Positions 27,309-38,398 are shown, counted from the stretch's first letter. The stretch is 64,000 nt of DNA from Fibrobacteria bacterium (GCA_037447435.1 JBBIGR010000016.1:1-64000); one strand, 5' to 3'. A program made the numbers and translations. Notes: generated from the sequence alone by a model not told the origin.

Positions 27309-28760
27309 ATGAAGAAGTGTTCGATGGGTTTATACGCGTTTGTTGTTGCGACAATTCTTTGTAGCTTTATAGGAACGGCCTTTGCGCAGGCTGCCGCAGC
27401 CGCAGCAGCCGCTCCAAAACCGCAAGCCCAGTCTGCGGCGCAAAATGCCAGCCCAAAGAAAACAAATATCGCGGTGATAAATTTAAAAAGCTCGTCGGGC
27501 GTGACCGCCGGCGAAGCGGAGCTGATTTCCGACCGCTTGCGCGGCGAACTTTTCAATACGGGTAAAATAAACGTCATGGAACGCGATCAAATGCAGGAAA
27601 TTCTCAAGGAACAGGGCTTTCAGCAATCGGGCGCCTGTTCGAATGAGGCGTGCATGGTGGAAATCGGGCAATTGCTCGGTGTGGAGCAGCTTGTTTCCGG
27701 ATCGCTGGGAAAAGTCGGGTCCATGTTTCTTGTCAATTTACGAATTATCGACGTCAAGACCGCTAAAATTATTAAAGTGGTGTCTGAAGACATCAAAGGC
27801 GACATAGAAGACGTCGTGTCGAATTTGCCGGGTATTGCCGTAAAATTGGTGAGCGAAGCCACCACGGCGCCGATCCCGATCGCGGTTGAGGACAAAAAGA
27901 AAGAAGAAAAGAAACCTGAAGTTAAAAAGGTAGAGGAACCGAAAAAAGAAGAGCCGAAAGAAGAAACCAAAGTCGAAAAGCCCAAGGAAGAAGAAAAAAA
28001 GGTCGAAGTCGAACCGTCGGACGAGAAATTCGAAAAAAACAAGAATAGGGCGGGCGTTCGATTGGCGTTTAATTTTTTCGGAAACAGAATAAACGTCGTA
28101 GAATCCAAAACATATAGAAATTCCTATGATCTTATCACCTCCAGCGGTTCTTATCCGGTAAAAGACAGCGATTTTGACAAGGTCACTTACTCGGCATTTT
28201 TCAATCCGCAAATAAAATTTATTATAAAGGCCGGGCCTTTTATGTGTATCGATATAGGGCCAAGCTGGACGCACGGTGCGGTTGAATACCAACGCACGGT
28301 ATCCACGTATTCGGGAACATTTTTGCTGGATACTTCCCGGATTTGGAACGATAATTACAATGTTTTTGGACTCGGGCTCGGCGTTAATTTCGTAAAACGG
28401 TGGTATCCGTTCAAACTGAACGTCGGTTTATTGATAGATTTCAATTATATGAATTTGATTGAAACCTTTACCCGTACCGTGGCGTACGATAATGTTTCAT
28501 CGTTTACACTCCGGGATACGGTGTATTTTTATAATAGCGTCAATATTGCTCCCGGTGTCCGTATTGGGGCGGAAGTAATGGCCGGAAAGCATGTCGGGTT
28601 TAGTTTTGATTTTATCTACCGTTATTCTTATTTTGAAACATTTTCCGATAAAGCGGACACTTACGATAGTAACGGCTATACGAACGGTTCCGTTGAAACC
28701 GTTTATAAAATAGATATGCCGTCCGTTGCCTTTGGCCTCGGGGTCAATTTCTATTATTAA
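27309..28760 (+). CDS. CsgG/HfaB-like domain, charged linker and C-terminal OM beta-barrel
   Basis: ER.QM.EIL.EQGFQQSGAC...C.VEIG.LLGV, KEE-rich linker, terminal GVNFYY. Confidence 0.8.
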   Translation: MKKCSMGLYAFVVATILCSFIGTAFAQAAAAAAAAPKPQAQSAAQNASPKKTNIAVINLKSSSGVTAGEAELISDRLRGELFNTGKINVMERDQMQEILKEQGFQQSGACSNEACMVEIGQLLGVEQLVSGSLGKVGSMFLVNLRIIDVKTAKIIKVVSEDIKGDIEDVVSNLPGIAVKLVSEATTAPIPIAVEDKKKEEKKPEVKKVEEPKKEEPKEETKVEKPKEEEKKVEVEPSDEKFEKNKNRAGVRLAFNFFGNRINVVESKTYRNSYDLITSSGSYPVKDSDFDKVTYSAFFNPQIKFIIKAGPFMCIDIGPSWTHGAVEYQRTVSTYSGTFLLDTSRIWNDNYNVFGLGLGVNFVKRWYPFKLNVGLLIDFNYMNLIETFTRTVAYDNVSSFTLRDTVYFYNSVNIAPGVRIGAEVMAGKHVGFSFDFIYRYSYFETFSDKADTYDSNGYTNGSVETVYKIDMPSVAFGLGVNFYY

Positions 28761-28785
28761 TAGTATTATGTTCTGTTTTTGCCTC

Positions 28786-28817
28786 AAGCGGCTTCAATCG
28801 ATGAAGCCGCTTTTTTT
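28786..28817 (+). terminator. intrinsic terminator
   Basis: AAGCGGCTTCA-atcga-TGAAGCCGC followed by a T-run. Confidence 0.85.
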
Positions 28818-29071
28818 GTAATCCGTGCAAAGTATTGACGGATTTTTACAAAAACGATTGCCGAAACGCGGGGAAAACCGGTGTTTGCTTAAATTTTCTT
28901 ATTTAAGCAAATCAATGAAACCACAGCATATTATATGAAAAAAGTTTGCGGCTGAATTATTTTGGTGCTTCTTGCAACGGGGCCGGTATACTATTCGGGT
29001 ACATAATTAATTATTTTAGCTCTCCGACTACCGTGACTTCCTCGCAGGAAAAGGAAAAAGGATTTTTGTTC

Positions 29072-29383
29072 ATGGCTTACTTATTTTTGGCATTAGGCAT
29101 TTTGTTCGAAGTTCTTGGGACAATTTGCATGAAGTTCGCAGACGGATTTTCGCGTCTGGTGCCATCCATCCTCGTTTTCATTTTTTATGTGCTCAGTCTT
29201 GTTTCGTTGATATTCGTATTGAAAAAACTGCCCGTGAGTATCGCATATGCGATTTGGGCAGGTCTTGGGACGGCGCTTATCGCGGTCATCGGGATAGTCT
29301 GGTTCAAGGAATCGTTCAGTTTCGTCAAGTTGGTATCAATCACGCTTATCGTTTTAGGCATTGTCGGATTGGAATTATTGTAA
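29072..29383 (+). CDS. SMR family small multidrug transporter
   Basis: I.FEV.GT..MK...GF and AYAIWAGLG motifs; four TM helices. Confidence 0.92.
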   Translation: MAYLFLALGILFEVLGTICMKFADGFSRLVPSILVFIFYVLSLVSLIFVLKKLPVSIAYAIWAGLGTALIAVIGIVWFKESFSFVKLVSITLIVLGIVGLELL

Positions 29384-29390
29384 AAGTACC

Positions 29391-30551
29391 GTGAATATAT
29401 TCATTACAGGGGCAACAGGGTTTTTAGGCGGCGAGATTCTGGTCTATCTGGCAAACCGCGTCGAAGTGGAAAAGGTTTATTGCCTGGTCAGGGCAAAAAA
29501 CCGGGAAGATGCGGACAATCGCATCCGCAAAGTATTCGCGCTTCATAACGACCCTTTCGACCCGCAAAAAATAAAGGCCGTGCCCGGCGACCTCGCCGAT
29601 ACGAACCTTACCAATCTGCTCGCCCGCTTTCCGGGCCTTTCCGACATCAACGTCATCATACACTCGGCGGCAAACACGTCTTTCGGCAGGATTTACGACT
29701 CCATTGTCGAACAGATCAATATCAACGGATTAAAACGGATCCTTGCCTGGGCGCAAACCTTGGCCGATCTGCGCTTGTTCGAGTATATCGGCACCGCGAC
29801 CATCTGCGGGTCCGATGTTTCAGACCGGATAATTTACGAATCGGAGTCTCCGAACCTGACGGCGAAGCACCTGGTCAAGTATACCCAGACAAAAATGATG
29901 GGCGAACTCGCCTTGGCCGAATATCTGCCCAAGGAAAAAATCCTGGTTGCGCGTCCGTCGATCGTCATGGGCGACAGTAGAGACGTTACCCCCCGCTCAA
30001 GCGTTATTCTGTGGGCCCTGGCGGTTTCGAATCTGGTCCGTTTGGTTCCCCTGAACCCGGATTCATCGCTCGATATCATTCCCGTGGATTACGCCGCCAA
30101 AGCCATTGCCGAGCTTCTGTTCGCAAAACGAAAACATGCGGTATATCATGTATCGGCGAGTACGGCGTCTAAAACGACGCCGTTGCTTCTTGGAAACGCC
30201 ATAACGCCGCATTTTCCCGGTAAGCCGCCAATGAAGTTTATCGACCCGTCGATGATTTCCCAAATGAAATTGTGGTCCAAGGGCAAGCTGCCCTCAACGA
30301 GCAGTCTCAACGATTATGCCGAGCATTTGGAATATTGGAAAACCTCGCTGGGCGATCCTTTTGCATTACGCATCCTCTTCGCGGGTTGGGAACCGTATCT
30401 CCATTTTATCAATTTAGGCCACGTATTCGACAATGAGAGACTGCTTTCGGACCTCACGATAGGGCCTCCTCCTTCCGCGCACGAATACATTATAAAATGT
30501 ATTTCGTTCATGAAAGACATCGACGTGTTTGAAGGCGCGTTAGACCCTTAA
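29391..30551 (+). CDS. extended SDR, thioester/acyl-CoA reductase-like (NAD_binding_4)
   Basis: ITGATGFLG, CLVRA, IHSAA, YTQTK, RPSIVMG; GTG start inferred. Confidence 0.85.
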   Translation: MNIFITGATGFLGGEILVYLANRVEVEKVYCLVRAKNREDADNRIRKVFALHNDPFDPQKIKAVPGDLADTNLTNLLARFPGLSDINVIIHSAANTSFGRIYDSIVEQININGLKRILAWAQTLADLRLFEYIGTATICGSDVSDRIIYESESPNLTAKHLVKYTQTKMMGELALAEYLPKEKILVARPSIVMGDSRDVTPRSSVILWALAVSNLVRLVPLNPDSSLDIIPVDYAAKAIAELLFAKRKHAVYHVSASTASKTTPLLLGNAITPHFPGKPPMKFIDPSMISQMKLWSKGKLPSTSSLNDYAEHLEYWKTSLGDPFALRILFAGWEPYLHFINLGHVFDNERLLSDLTIGPPPSAHEYIIKCISFMKDIDVFEGALDP

Positions 30552-31240
30552 AACTTGTACCGGTATCCCAGCATAAACCCGATATTCGAATTTTTCAAAT
30601 CGAGCTGTTTTGTTCCGTTGCTTTTTTGCGCGTCCGACACCTTGTCGATCGATACCAGCCCCAGCGTGTATCGTACGTCAAAGAGAATTTCTCCGGGACC
30701 GGCGTCTATGGCCATGCCGCCGCCGACGGTTATCCCGAAATCAAACGGATTGGTCTGGGTTTTGAGGTCCATAAGGGTATCCGATTTTTTTATTCCCGAA
30801 GGCTCCCAGAGAATGGTCGAGTCTTTTGTTGCAGACAAGCGGTACGAAACGTTCGGGCCCGCAAAAAGCATAAAATCGGAAATCGGACTGATCGGTATGC
30901 TGTACCGCAACGTAACGGGTATCTCGCAATAATCAAGTTTGTAAAAAATCCCCTTCGATTTATCGGCATAATCTCCGACGGCCGATTTTCCTTTCATGGC
31001 ATAAAGTCCTTCAAGCTGTACGGCGAAATTTTCGCTGAATTGATAGGCGCCGCAAATGCCGCCGTAAAACCCGGACCGATACGCCGAGATCATGCCCGAA
31101 CTGTCGGCAGCATCGTTTCCCCATAATGTCGACAGACCGATTCCGCCTTTGAGCGCGACACTGAACGGTTTCGATTCGGCAAATGCCGAAATGACCAAAA
31201 CGAAGATCGTGGAAAGTAAAGCGGCAACCGGGTTTTTCAT
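30548..31240 (-). CDS. porin family / OM beta-barrel protein
   Basis: Signal peptide, LDY.EIPV.L, FDFG...G.G, DVRY.LGL, terminal GYRYKF. Confidence 0.85.
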   Translation of the reverse strand: MKNPVAALLSTIFVLVISAFAESKPFSVALKGGIGLSTLWGNDAADSSGMISAYRSGFYGGICGAYQFSENFAVQLEGLYAMKGKSAVGDYADKSKGIFYKLDYCEIPVTLRYSIPISPISDFMLFAGPNVSYRLSATKDSTILWEPSGIKKSDTLMDLKTQTNPFDFGITVGGGMAIDAGPGEILFDVRYTLGLVSIDKVSDAQKSNGTKQLDLKNSNIGFMLGYRYKF

Positions 31241-31311
31241 TGCAAATCCTTGCTTGGAGAAAATTGGGAACTATGCGGAATTCTATTGTAAATATCGATT
31301 TTGGGCGTCAT

Positions 31312-32205
31312 TCAATGTCCGTAATAAAATAATCCAATTGCACTCATCATAAGGCAAGCGGCGCAAACCCTGAAGAGGGTGATTTTTACAGACACCTTTT
31401 CCTCAAGATGTTCGTATCCTTTTAAGGCGATTAATGAGCCCATGAGAATGGATATGATACCGCGCGTAGATTGCACGATATTGCCGAAAACGACGCCGAT
31501 GGACCCGAAACAGGAAAATAAAAACAACATGCCGACAAACCAGAAAAAAGCAAAAGGGAAAGCCGCTTTCCATTGCAACGAATTTGCCACGGGAAAAAAA
31601 GGCATTGCCGCGACGGCAATAAAGCCGCAAATCAAATAGCAGAGCGATGCGGTAAGCGCCGCAGCGTGAAATAAACCGGCCGACGGGAAACACGTGATGG
31701 TTTGGCGGACAAACACGTCGGACAGGGAATAAAAAATACAGGCAAGAATGATCCATATCCATGCCGCTGCCGTCATTTCCTTCCCGAGCAAAGACAATAA
31801 AACCGCAGCGCAAACCGCCAATCCGATGGCCACCCATTGTAATCCGAGAAAATGCCCGTGCGAGACAAAAACCGTTATCAGCGCAAGCACGAGAATCTTG
31901 AGACCCAAAAGCGGCGAAACGCGCGAAGCATCGGATTTTGTCAAGGCCATAAACATCGCAGCCTGGCCGCCGAAATAAAACAGAACGCACAGAAGCAGCG
32001 GTTTGGCGATAGTCAAAACCGGCGGCATGGATTTCTGCCAGAAAAAAGGCAAAACGAAACAGGAAAAGATCCCCATGAAAACATGGCCGCTTACCAACAG
32101 CTGGATGTTTGCGTTGCGGAATTTCGTGACGAAACGCTTGGAAAAAACATAGGAACACGATTGGAAAAAAGCCGCAATGAGGCCGACGAAGACGCCCAGT
32201 ATCAT
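31312..32205 (-). CDS. EamA/DMT family transporter
   Basis: About 10 hydrophobic helices; ASRVSPLLGLK. Confidence 0.8.
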   Translation of the reverse strand: MILGVFVGLIAAFFQSCSYVFSKRFVTKFRNANIQLLVSGHVFMGIFSCFVLPFFWQKSMPPVLTIAKPLLLCVLFYFGGQAAMFMALTKSDASRVSPLLGLKILVLALITVFVSHGHFLGLQWVAIGLAVCAAVLLSLLGKEMTAAAWIWIILACIFYSLSDVFVRQTITCFPSAGLFHAAALTASLCYLICGFIAVAAMPFFPVANSLQWKAAFPFAFFWFVGMLFLFSCFGSIGVVFGNIVQSTRGIISILMGSLIALKGYEHLEEKVSVKITLFRVCAACLMMSAIGLFYYGH

Positions 32206-33629
32206 GATGGTTCCGACCTGTTAAGCGACAACGCGTACGGTAAAAAAGAGGCGGCATGCGAAATAAGGCGGAAATAGCTGTGCGGCGATCGTACAAGCAT
32301 TTTCATATACAGCGGACGCATCTGTTTTCTTTGATAAAAGCTTTTGATAAAATCCCGGTGCATGGTTTCAAGCAATTGCCTGGACCCTATTTCCTTGGGG
32401 ACAAAGACGAAATGTTCGCAATCCATTTTCGCCCAGTCGTCGTCTACGGCGCCGTCTTGGGAAATATTCCCACTGATGGGAGCGCCGGGAAACGGCGTGA
32501 ACGCGGTGACATTGGCGTCTTTTAACGGAAGCGACAGGGCAAAGGCCTTCGTTTTTTCGATGGCCGCGACGGTTTCTCCGGGAAAGCCCATCATGAACAG
32601 GCCTTTGACGAAAATCCCCGCGGCGCTGATCCGCGTTATGTCGTTTCGTATGGTCTTTAGCGTGAGGCCGCATTTGTGTTTGTCCAGAATATCCTGGTCG
32701 CCCGATTCGATGCCCACGTTAACCATAAAGCAACCGGCAAGCTTAAGCATCCGCAATAAATCGTCGTCGATATGGCCGAGCCGCACGATGCAGTTGAAAC
32801 TCACGGGCCGCTTGTGTTTCGAAAGCAATCCGCACAATTCGCCCACCCGCCCGCGGTTCACGGTGAAAAGATCGTCGTAAAAGTTGATATGACGCACGCC
32901 GAAATCGACGGCCAGTTTCCCGACGAGGTCGCTTGTATACTTGGGAGAATTAAACCGGAACGATTTGCCGAATACCGATCGGTCGCAATAGGAACATTGA
33001 TACACGCAGCCGCGCGACGAAATCACGTTCGCTCCCGGATGGCGGGGATACGAAAACAGGGGCATCAGATATTTGCGGGGAAAGCCTTCCAGCAAATCGT
33101 AGGCGGGAAAGGGCAAATCGTCCATTTCGCAGCCGGTTTGCATGGGCCCGCTTTGGATGTCCGGACCGTTTCTAAAATACAGTCCTTCGATTTGACCCGG
33201 CGCAACGCCGTCCGCAAGTTTACAAAAAGAAAATTCGCCTTCGCCCGCAACCACGTAATCGACGGCGTCGTATTTTCGGAGAATGGTTTCTTTTCCCCAG
33301 GAAACATGGGGGCCGCCGAAAACCGTTTTAATGCCCGAAGCGGCGTTCTTGACGCGTACGGCGCAATCGTAGGCATCCATAAAGCTCGACGTTATGGCCG
33401 AAAAGCCGACAATGTCGGGACGGAATGCGACGATGCGTTTCGCCCATTCCTCATTCGATATCGTCTGGGAAAGCGCGGCGTCGAAAATCGCGACGGTATG
33501 CCCCGCGTTTCTGCAAACGGCGGCAATGGATGCCAAGCCGAGCGGCGGCATGGTACAGGCAAGCTGATGCAGACGCCGCGATGTACGGTCAACGGTAAAA
33601 CCGCGGGGATGGAACAACACTATGCGCAT
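32202..33629 (-). CDS. B12-binding radical SAM protein
   Basis: PPLGLASIAA, GGPH, GEGE, SRGCVYQCSYC, GIESG. Confidence 0.92.
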   Translation of the reverse strand: MRIVLFHPRGFTVDRTSRRLHQLACTMPPLGLASIAAVCRNAGHTVAIFDAALSQTISNEEWAKRIVAFRPDIVGFSAITSSFMDAYDCAVRVKNAASGIKTVFGGPHVSWGKETILRKYDAVDYVVAGEGEFSFCKLADGVAPGQIEGLYFRNGPDIQSGPMQTGCEMDDLPFPAYDLLEGFPRKYLMPLFSYPRHPGANVISSRGCVYQCSYCDRSVFGKSFRFNSPKYTSDLVGKLAVDFGVRHINFYDDLFTVNRGRVGELCGLLSKHKRPVSFNCIVRLGHIDDDLLRMLKLAGCFMVNVGIESGDQDILDKHKCGLTLKTIRNDITRISAAGIFVKGLFMMGFPGETVAAIEKTKAFALSLPLKDANVTAFTPFPGAPISGNISQDGAVDDDWAKMDCEHFVFVPKEIGSRQLLETMHRDFIKSFYQRKQMRPLYMKMLVRSPHSYFRLISHAASFLPYALSLNRSEPS

Positions 33630-33646
33630 GGGTGGATTCCAAAAAG

Positions 33647-35011
33647 TTAACGGACCAAAAATTCCCACAAGGGCCCGACAATGCCCTTTTCGCGGAGCCG
33701 GTTCGCCACGGCAATCATTTCGGGAGGCTGTTCCCCAACGATCCAGTTTTTCGATTGTGCGGAAAATTCGGACAAAACGGAAAACATCCGCTCTTCGGTG
33801 CAATGGGGCGTCAGGTAAAAATGAGGACGGAGCAAGTCGGTTTCTTTCGTGACGGCGTTTTCGGCAACGGCCCGCTTATGCAAATCGGTATTCGGATAAA
33901 TGCGCATGCCGACAAAAGGGAAATGAACGGTCTTTAAAAGGCGTTTCGAATTTTCATAGCCTTCGCGCATCGTCGCCTCGGTTTCGCCCGGTCCGCCGAT
34001 GATGAGGAAATGCGCGTAATTGACCCGTGCGTTCCGCGCATACGCGCTGGCATTGTAAATGTCCTGGAAAGTAAAGTTTTTCCCGTATTCCCTGAGCACG
34101 GAATCGCAAAAACTGTCGGACCCGAATTCGATATGCCGCAGGCCCGCTTTTGCCATGAGGTCCATGAGCTCCTGCGTTAAACCCGACGGCTTGAGAAAGC
34201 ATCCCCAGGTCATGCCGAGATTGCTGGAAATCACTTCTTCGCAAAATGCGCGGACATGACCGGGCGACGAATTGAATACCGAATCCACGATAAAGAAATA
34301 AGACGCGCCGAGATTCTTGATTTCGCAAAGCTCATTCCCCACATCATCCATGTTTCTTGACCGAACGGAATGTCCTTCTATGACCGGATAGGTGCAATAG
34401 CAACAGGAGCAGGAACATCCCCGTTGGGTCTGGATATTGAGGATCGAGCTTTTGCCGATATACCAATGCGCGAGGCGTTCGCTTCTGTATGCGGGGACGA
34501 TGTCGGACGTTTTCATTCCGGCGAGCGGATTTATGACTATCGAACCGTTTTTCCGAAAGACCAGACCGGGCAAAGCGGTATAGGATTCGTTTTTTTCCAT
34601 TGCGTCGAGCAATTTGACAAAAGTAACATCGCCTTCCCCGTGAATGCCGAAATCGGCGGACGTTGCCTCGAGCAGCTCGGCGGGAAACAGGGAATAGCCG
34701 CTGCCGCCGACAATGATCGGCGCGTCGGATATTTTCCGTAGCGATTGCGCGATAAACGACAAATCCTGGGCGAAAAACCGGGGGTTTTTTATTTGAATAT
34801 CGTCTATATTCCGCAAAGAAAGGCCGATATGCGACGGCTTAAACGACGCGACGATTTCGGAAAGGTCCCGGCCGTCTATCGCACAATCCGCAACGTAAAT
34901 TTCATGGCCTGCTTTTACAAGCGCAGCGGCAATATGCGATAATCCCAAAGGGTATACCAAATAAGGGGAGTCGCATCGGTTCACACTGACAAGAAGGATT
35001 TTAAAAGCCAT
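33647..35011 (-). CDS. B12-binding radical SAM protein (lipid-biosynthesis-associated type)
   Basis: YPLGL, LSLRNID, QTQRGC...C.YCTYP.IEG, GGPGET. Confidence 0.9.
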   Translation of the reverse strand: MAFKILLVSVNRCDSPYLVYPLGLSHIAAALVKAGHEIYVADCAIDGRDLSEIVASFKPSHIGLSLRNIDDIQIKNPRFFAQDLSFIAQSLRKISDAPIIVGGSGYSLFPAELLEATSADFGIHGEGDVTFVKLLDAMEKNESYTALPGLVFRKNGSIVINPLAGMKTSDIVPAYRSERLAHWYIGKSSILNIQTQRGCSCSCCYCTYPVIEGHSVRSRNMDDVGNELCEIKNLGASYFFIVDSVFNSSPGHVRAFCEEVISSNLGMTWGCFLKPSGLTQELMDLMAKAGLRHIEFGSDSFCDSVLREYGKNFTFQDIYNASAYARNARVNYAHFLIIGGPGETEATMREGYENSKRLLKTVHFPFVGMRIYPNTDLHKRAVAENAVTKETDLLRPHFYLTPHCTEERMFSVLSEFSAQSKNWIVGEQPPEMIAVANRLREKGIVGPLWEFLVR

Positions 35012-35216
35012 AATTAATGTATGCAAAACTACGTGATTGATGGTTGCTTGGGCAAGGAGTGCGGGATTTTGTCCGTATTTTTTTTAAAAACCCGGACTTG
35101 CACTTTGATGATGGTACTTAACCGTGTTTTGGATTATTTTTTCATTTCGGAACGCCAAAATCGTCATATCGTAACGGTATTGCAATTATTCCACGACTTC
35201 TCCTGCAAGGAACCTT

Positions 35217-35942
35217 ATGCCACATTCGAACGTGCTCATTATCGTCCCAACGTACAATGAACGTGAAAACATCGGTTTGCTGATCACGGAAATCAAAACA
35301 TTGCTTCCGACGGCGCATGTTCTGGTCGTCGACGATAATTCGCCCGATCAAACGTCTTCCTATGTCAAAGAACTTTCGAAAACGTTCGAAGGCATTTTCG
35401 TACTCGACAGGCCTAAAAAAGAAGGGCTGGGCAAAGCCTATATTGCGGGGTTCCGTTGGGCACTTGACAAAAAATACGAAATAATTTTCGAAATGGATGC
35501 GGATTTTTCCCACGATCCCAAATATTTGCCCGATTTTTTAAAGGCCGTCGAAAACAGCGATCTGGTCATCGGCTCACGGTACATCCAGGGCGTCAACGTG
35601 GTCAATTGGCCCATGAGCAGGCTGCTGCTCAGCTATTTTGCCAACCTGGCGACGCGGATCATCACCGGCGTTCCCGTGCTCGATTGCACCGGCGGGTTCA
35701 AATGTTTCCGCCGTAACGTCCTGGAAACGATAAACCTCAATAAAATCGATTCGTCGGGGTATTCTTTCCAGGTCGAAGTGAATTATATGGCCTGGAAAAA
35801 CAAGTTTGTCATCAAGGAAATCCCCATTGTTTTTACCGACAGGAAACGCGGCGTATCGAAAATGTCGACGAAAATCATTCGTGAAGCGTTTGTCCTGCTG
35901 TGGAAACTACGACTGCTGTCAACGTTTTCCAGGAAGAGCTAA
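35217..35942 (+). CDS. polyprenol monophosphomannose synthase (GT2)
   Basis: PTYNERENI, VDDNSPD, MDADFSHDP, GYSFQVE. Confidence 0.92.
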   Translation: MPHSNVLIIVPTYNERENIGLLITEIKTLLPTAHVLVVDDNSPDQTSSYVKELSKTFEGIFVLDRPKKEGLGKAYIAGFRWALDKKYEIIFEMDADFSHDPKYLPDFLKAVENSDLVIGSRYIQGVNVVNWPMSRLLLSYFANLATRIITGVPVLDCTGGFKCFRRNVLETINLNKIDSSGYSFQVEVNYMAWKNKFVIKEIPIVFTDRKRGVSKMSTKIIREAFVLLWKLRLLSTFSRKS

Positions 35943-37562
35943 GTGTCCGAAGAAAAGCTCATTTCAATCGTCATCGTCAATTACCGCGTTCCGGATTTTT
36001 TGGCGCGTACGCTTACGTCGCTGCGTGAAGCCGACGATTACGATACTGCGGAGATCATCGTCGTGGACAATGCCTCGCAAGACGACTCCAAGGAAACGAT
36101 AACCGCGCAATTTCCGGAAGTAAATTGGATAGGCCTAAAAAACAACATCGGGTTCGGAAAAGCCTGCAACGTCGGCGCGCAAAGCGCGCGCGGGACATTT
36201 TTGCTGCTTCTCAATCCCGATACGCTGGTTTCCAAAAATACGCTGCGCGTGTGCGTCGATTTTTTCAAAGCCCATCCCGAAGCGGGTATCATGGGCCCAA
36301 AAATCATCAATGCGAACGGCACGCTTCAGGCGAGCTGCCGCAGGAGTTTCCCTTCGCCGCAGGTCGCGTTTTTCAAGCTCGTCGGCCTGTCGAGACTTTT
36401 CCCTAAAAGTAAAACGTTCAGCAGGTACAATCTCAATTACCTGGATCCCGACGAATGCGCCCGGGTCGATGCGATATCGGGGTCGTTCATGTTCATGCCC
36501 CTCGGCGTGTTCCGCGAAATCAACGGTTTCGACGAAACGTTTTTCATGTACGGCGAAGATCTTGATTTGTGTTACAGAGTACTTTCCCTGGGGCGGTCGG
36601 TATGGTATAACCCGGCAACGCAGATCGTGCATTTCAAAGGCAAAAGCGCGGCGAAGCAGAGTTGGAAAGCGAAAAAAGCCTTTTACGAGGCCATGATCAT
36701 ATTCTCGCGAAAGCACAAGAAAACGCATGCGGCGTTTTTCCCTTCGCAGCTTTTATTTTTGGGAATCATGGCGCTTGCCGCAGTCAATTTCATCGCCGGT
36801 CTGTTCAAAACGTTCACCGCCTGTTTCATCGATTTATTATTCATCAATACCATACTCTGGCTCGGCATCAGCGTCCGGTTTTCGATGCTTGCCATGGAAA
36901 ATCCGTATTTCGGGAGCAATACGGCGACCGTGCTGCTCATGCACGGGCTGTTGTCGCTGGCCTTCATAGGCATATTTTTTTACCGGGGCGTGTACTCCAA
37001 GGAGCGATATTCTATTGTCAATTCGCTGGTCGCGGGGCTATTCGCTTCGATGGTTTTCATGGTCGCGGTATTCTTCGTCAATTCAATGGCGTTTTCCCGC
37101 ATCGCGTTTTTATTGTCCACCATCGGCATCACCCTTGTCCTGGTTGCCTGGCGCGAAGTTCTGCCCAAACTGATCAGCCGGTTCCGGAGGTTTATTTTCA
37201 GCACCGGCACGGTTATCGTTTTAGGCAACGACAGTATCGCCCTGGCGCTCATAAAAAACGTCGAGACCGATGCGAGCGCGACGATCGCCGGCGTTTTGTG
37301 GCCGGTAAACGAACAGCACCCGGGCCAGTTCGAAGGCTATCCGGTGCTGGGTCATATCGAAGACATCAAGCATATATTGGCAAACGGCCATGTCGATCAA
37401 TTGCTTATTGCAACAGCCCAGCCGTGGTATTCGTATGTCATCGAGGCCCTGGCAACGGTCAAAGTCCATCGCCTCACCATCCGCTGGGTGTCTCCGGAGC
37501 TGTTCAACCGCACCGGCGAAAAACTTCCCGATGTCATCCCGCTCAGGGATTTTACGGTGTGA
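35943..37562 (+). CDS. GT2 glycosyltransferase with TM region and C-terminal Rossmann-like domain
   Basis: VVDNAS.D, N.GFG.A.N, LLNPD, FFMYGEDLDLC. Confidence 0.88.
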   Translation: MSEEKLISIVIVNYRVPDFLARTLTSLREADDYDTAEIIVVDNASQDDSKETITAQFPEVNWIGLKNNIGFGKACNVGAQSARGTFLLLLNPDTLVSKNTLRVCVDFFKAHPEAGIMGPKIINANGTLQASCRRSFPSPQVAFFKLVGLSRLFPKSKTFSRYNLNYLDPDECARVDAISGSFMFMPLGVFREINGFDETFFMYGEDLDLCYRVLSLGRSVWYNPATQIVHFKGKSAAKQSWKAKKAFYEAMIIFSRKHKKTHAAFFPSQLLFLGIMALAAVNFIAGLFKTFTACFIDLLFINTILWLGISVRFSMLAMENPYFGSNTATVLLMHGLLSLAFIGIFFYRGVYSKERYSIVNSLVAGLFASMVFMVAVFFVNSMAFSRIAFLLSTIGITLVLVAWREVLPKLISRFRRFIFSTGTVIVLGNDSIALALIKNVETDASATIAGVLWPVNEQHPGQFEGYPVLGHIEDIKHILANGHVDQLLIATAQPWYSYVIEALATVKVHRLTIRWVSPELFNRTGEKLPDVIPLRDFTV

Positions 37563-37724
37563 AGAGACAATGCTGGTTTTCAATCACTTTCATAAGCCGT
37601 GATTTCGACCATAGTAAGAACCGAGAAATCAGAAAATTCAGTTGTTTTAATTGGTGAAATCTATTTTAGAAATATTTAGAATTGAGTTTAGTTTTCGGCA
37701 ATGATAGAGTCGGGGGTGATGAGC

Positions 37725-38030
37725 ATGTCATACAATATAGAAGAAAAAGTCCCGCAAGCAAAGCTGATGGAGTTTTGCCGGAATAACCATATTCACAAAA
37801 TGTCTTTGTTTGGCTCGGCCCTTCGTGATGAGCTGCGTCCGGATAGCGATATTGATTTATTGGTTGAATTCGAAAAGGCCCATGTTCCCGGCCTCATTAC
37901 GCTTGCAGGCATGGAAATTCAGCTTTCGGAAATGTTTGGCCGTAAAGTTGATCTGCGTACACCCGGAGATTTAAGTCGGTATTTTAGAGATGAAGTCATT
38001 GCCGAGGCGGAGGTCCAATATGAAGCTTGA
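37725..38030 (+). CDS. MNT minimal nucleotidyltransferase antitoxin
   Basis: FGS-x10-DID motif and GRKVDL. Confidence 0.9.
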   Translation: MSYNIEEKVPQAKLMEFCRNNHIHKMSLFGSALRDELRPDSDIDLLVEFEKAHVPGLITLAGMEIQLSEMFGRKVDLRTPGDLSRYFRDEVIAEAEVQYEA

Positions 38031-38361
38031 TGATAAAGCCCGGCTAGAACATATCCTCGAATCGGCGAATGATGCCATTTCTTTTCTTGGGAATATGACA
38101 GTGGATGAACTTTCACAAAACCGTATGGCCCTTCAGGCAATTGTCCGCTCCGTTGAAATTATTGGTGAAGCCGCTTCGCAACTGACCCAGGAATTTCGCA
38201 GCAAAAACACTCATGTTCCATGGGTACAAATCATCGGCATGCGCAATAGATTAATTCATGCATACTTCGACATAGACCATGAACTTGTTTTTAGCACCGT
38301 TCAATCGGATATTCCGATTCTAGTTAATCAAATCAAACAAATCATTTTGAAAATTGCATAA
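38020..38361 (+). CDS. HepT-like HEPN RNase toxin (DUF86)
   Basis: EIIGEAA and [12 protein letters not shown] (Rx4HxY). Confidence 0.92.
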   Translation: MKLDDKARLEHILESANDAISFLGNMTVDELSQNRMALQAIVRSVEIIGEAASQLTQEFRSKNTHVPWVQIIGMRNRLIHAYFDIDHELVFSTVQSDIPILVNQIKQIILKIA

Positions 38362-38398
38362 ATACTCTCGTAGACTGAATATAATAAGCATAACCGCC

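Noticed and set aside
27890..28040. Repeat element in the KEE-rich stretch
   Set aside because: Low-complexity coding linker of the CsgG-barrel protein
28820..29071. Guanidine riboswitch upstream of the SMR gene
   Set aside because: No ykkC consensus or paired ACGR hairpins recognised
31403..32296. 297-aa alternative-frame ORF
   Set aside because: Overlaps the EamA gene in another frame and lacks a recognisable domain
36662..37657. 331-aa alternative-frame ORF
   Set aside because: Out-of-frame shadow within the glycosyltransferase gene
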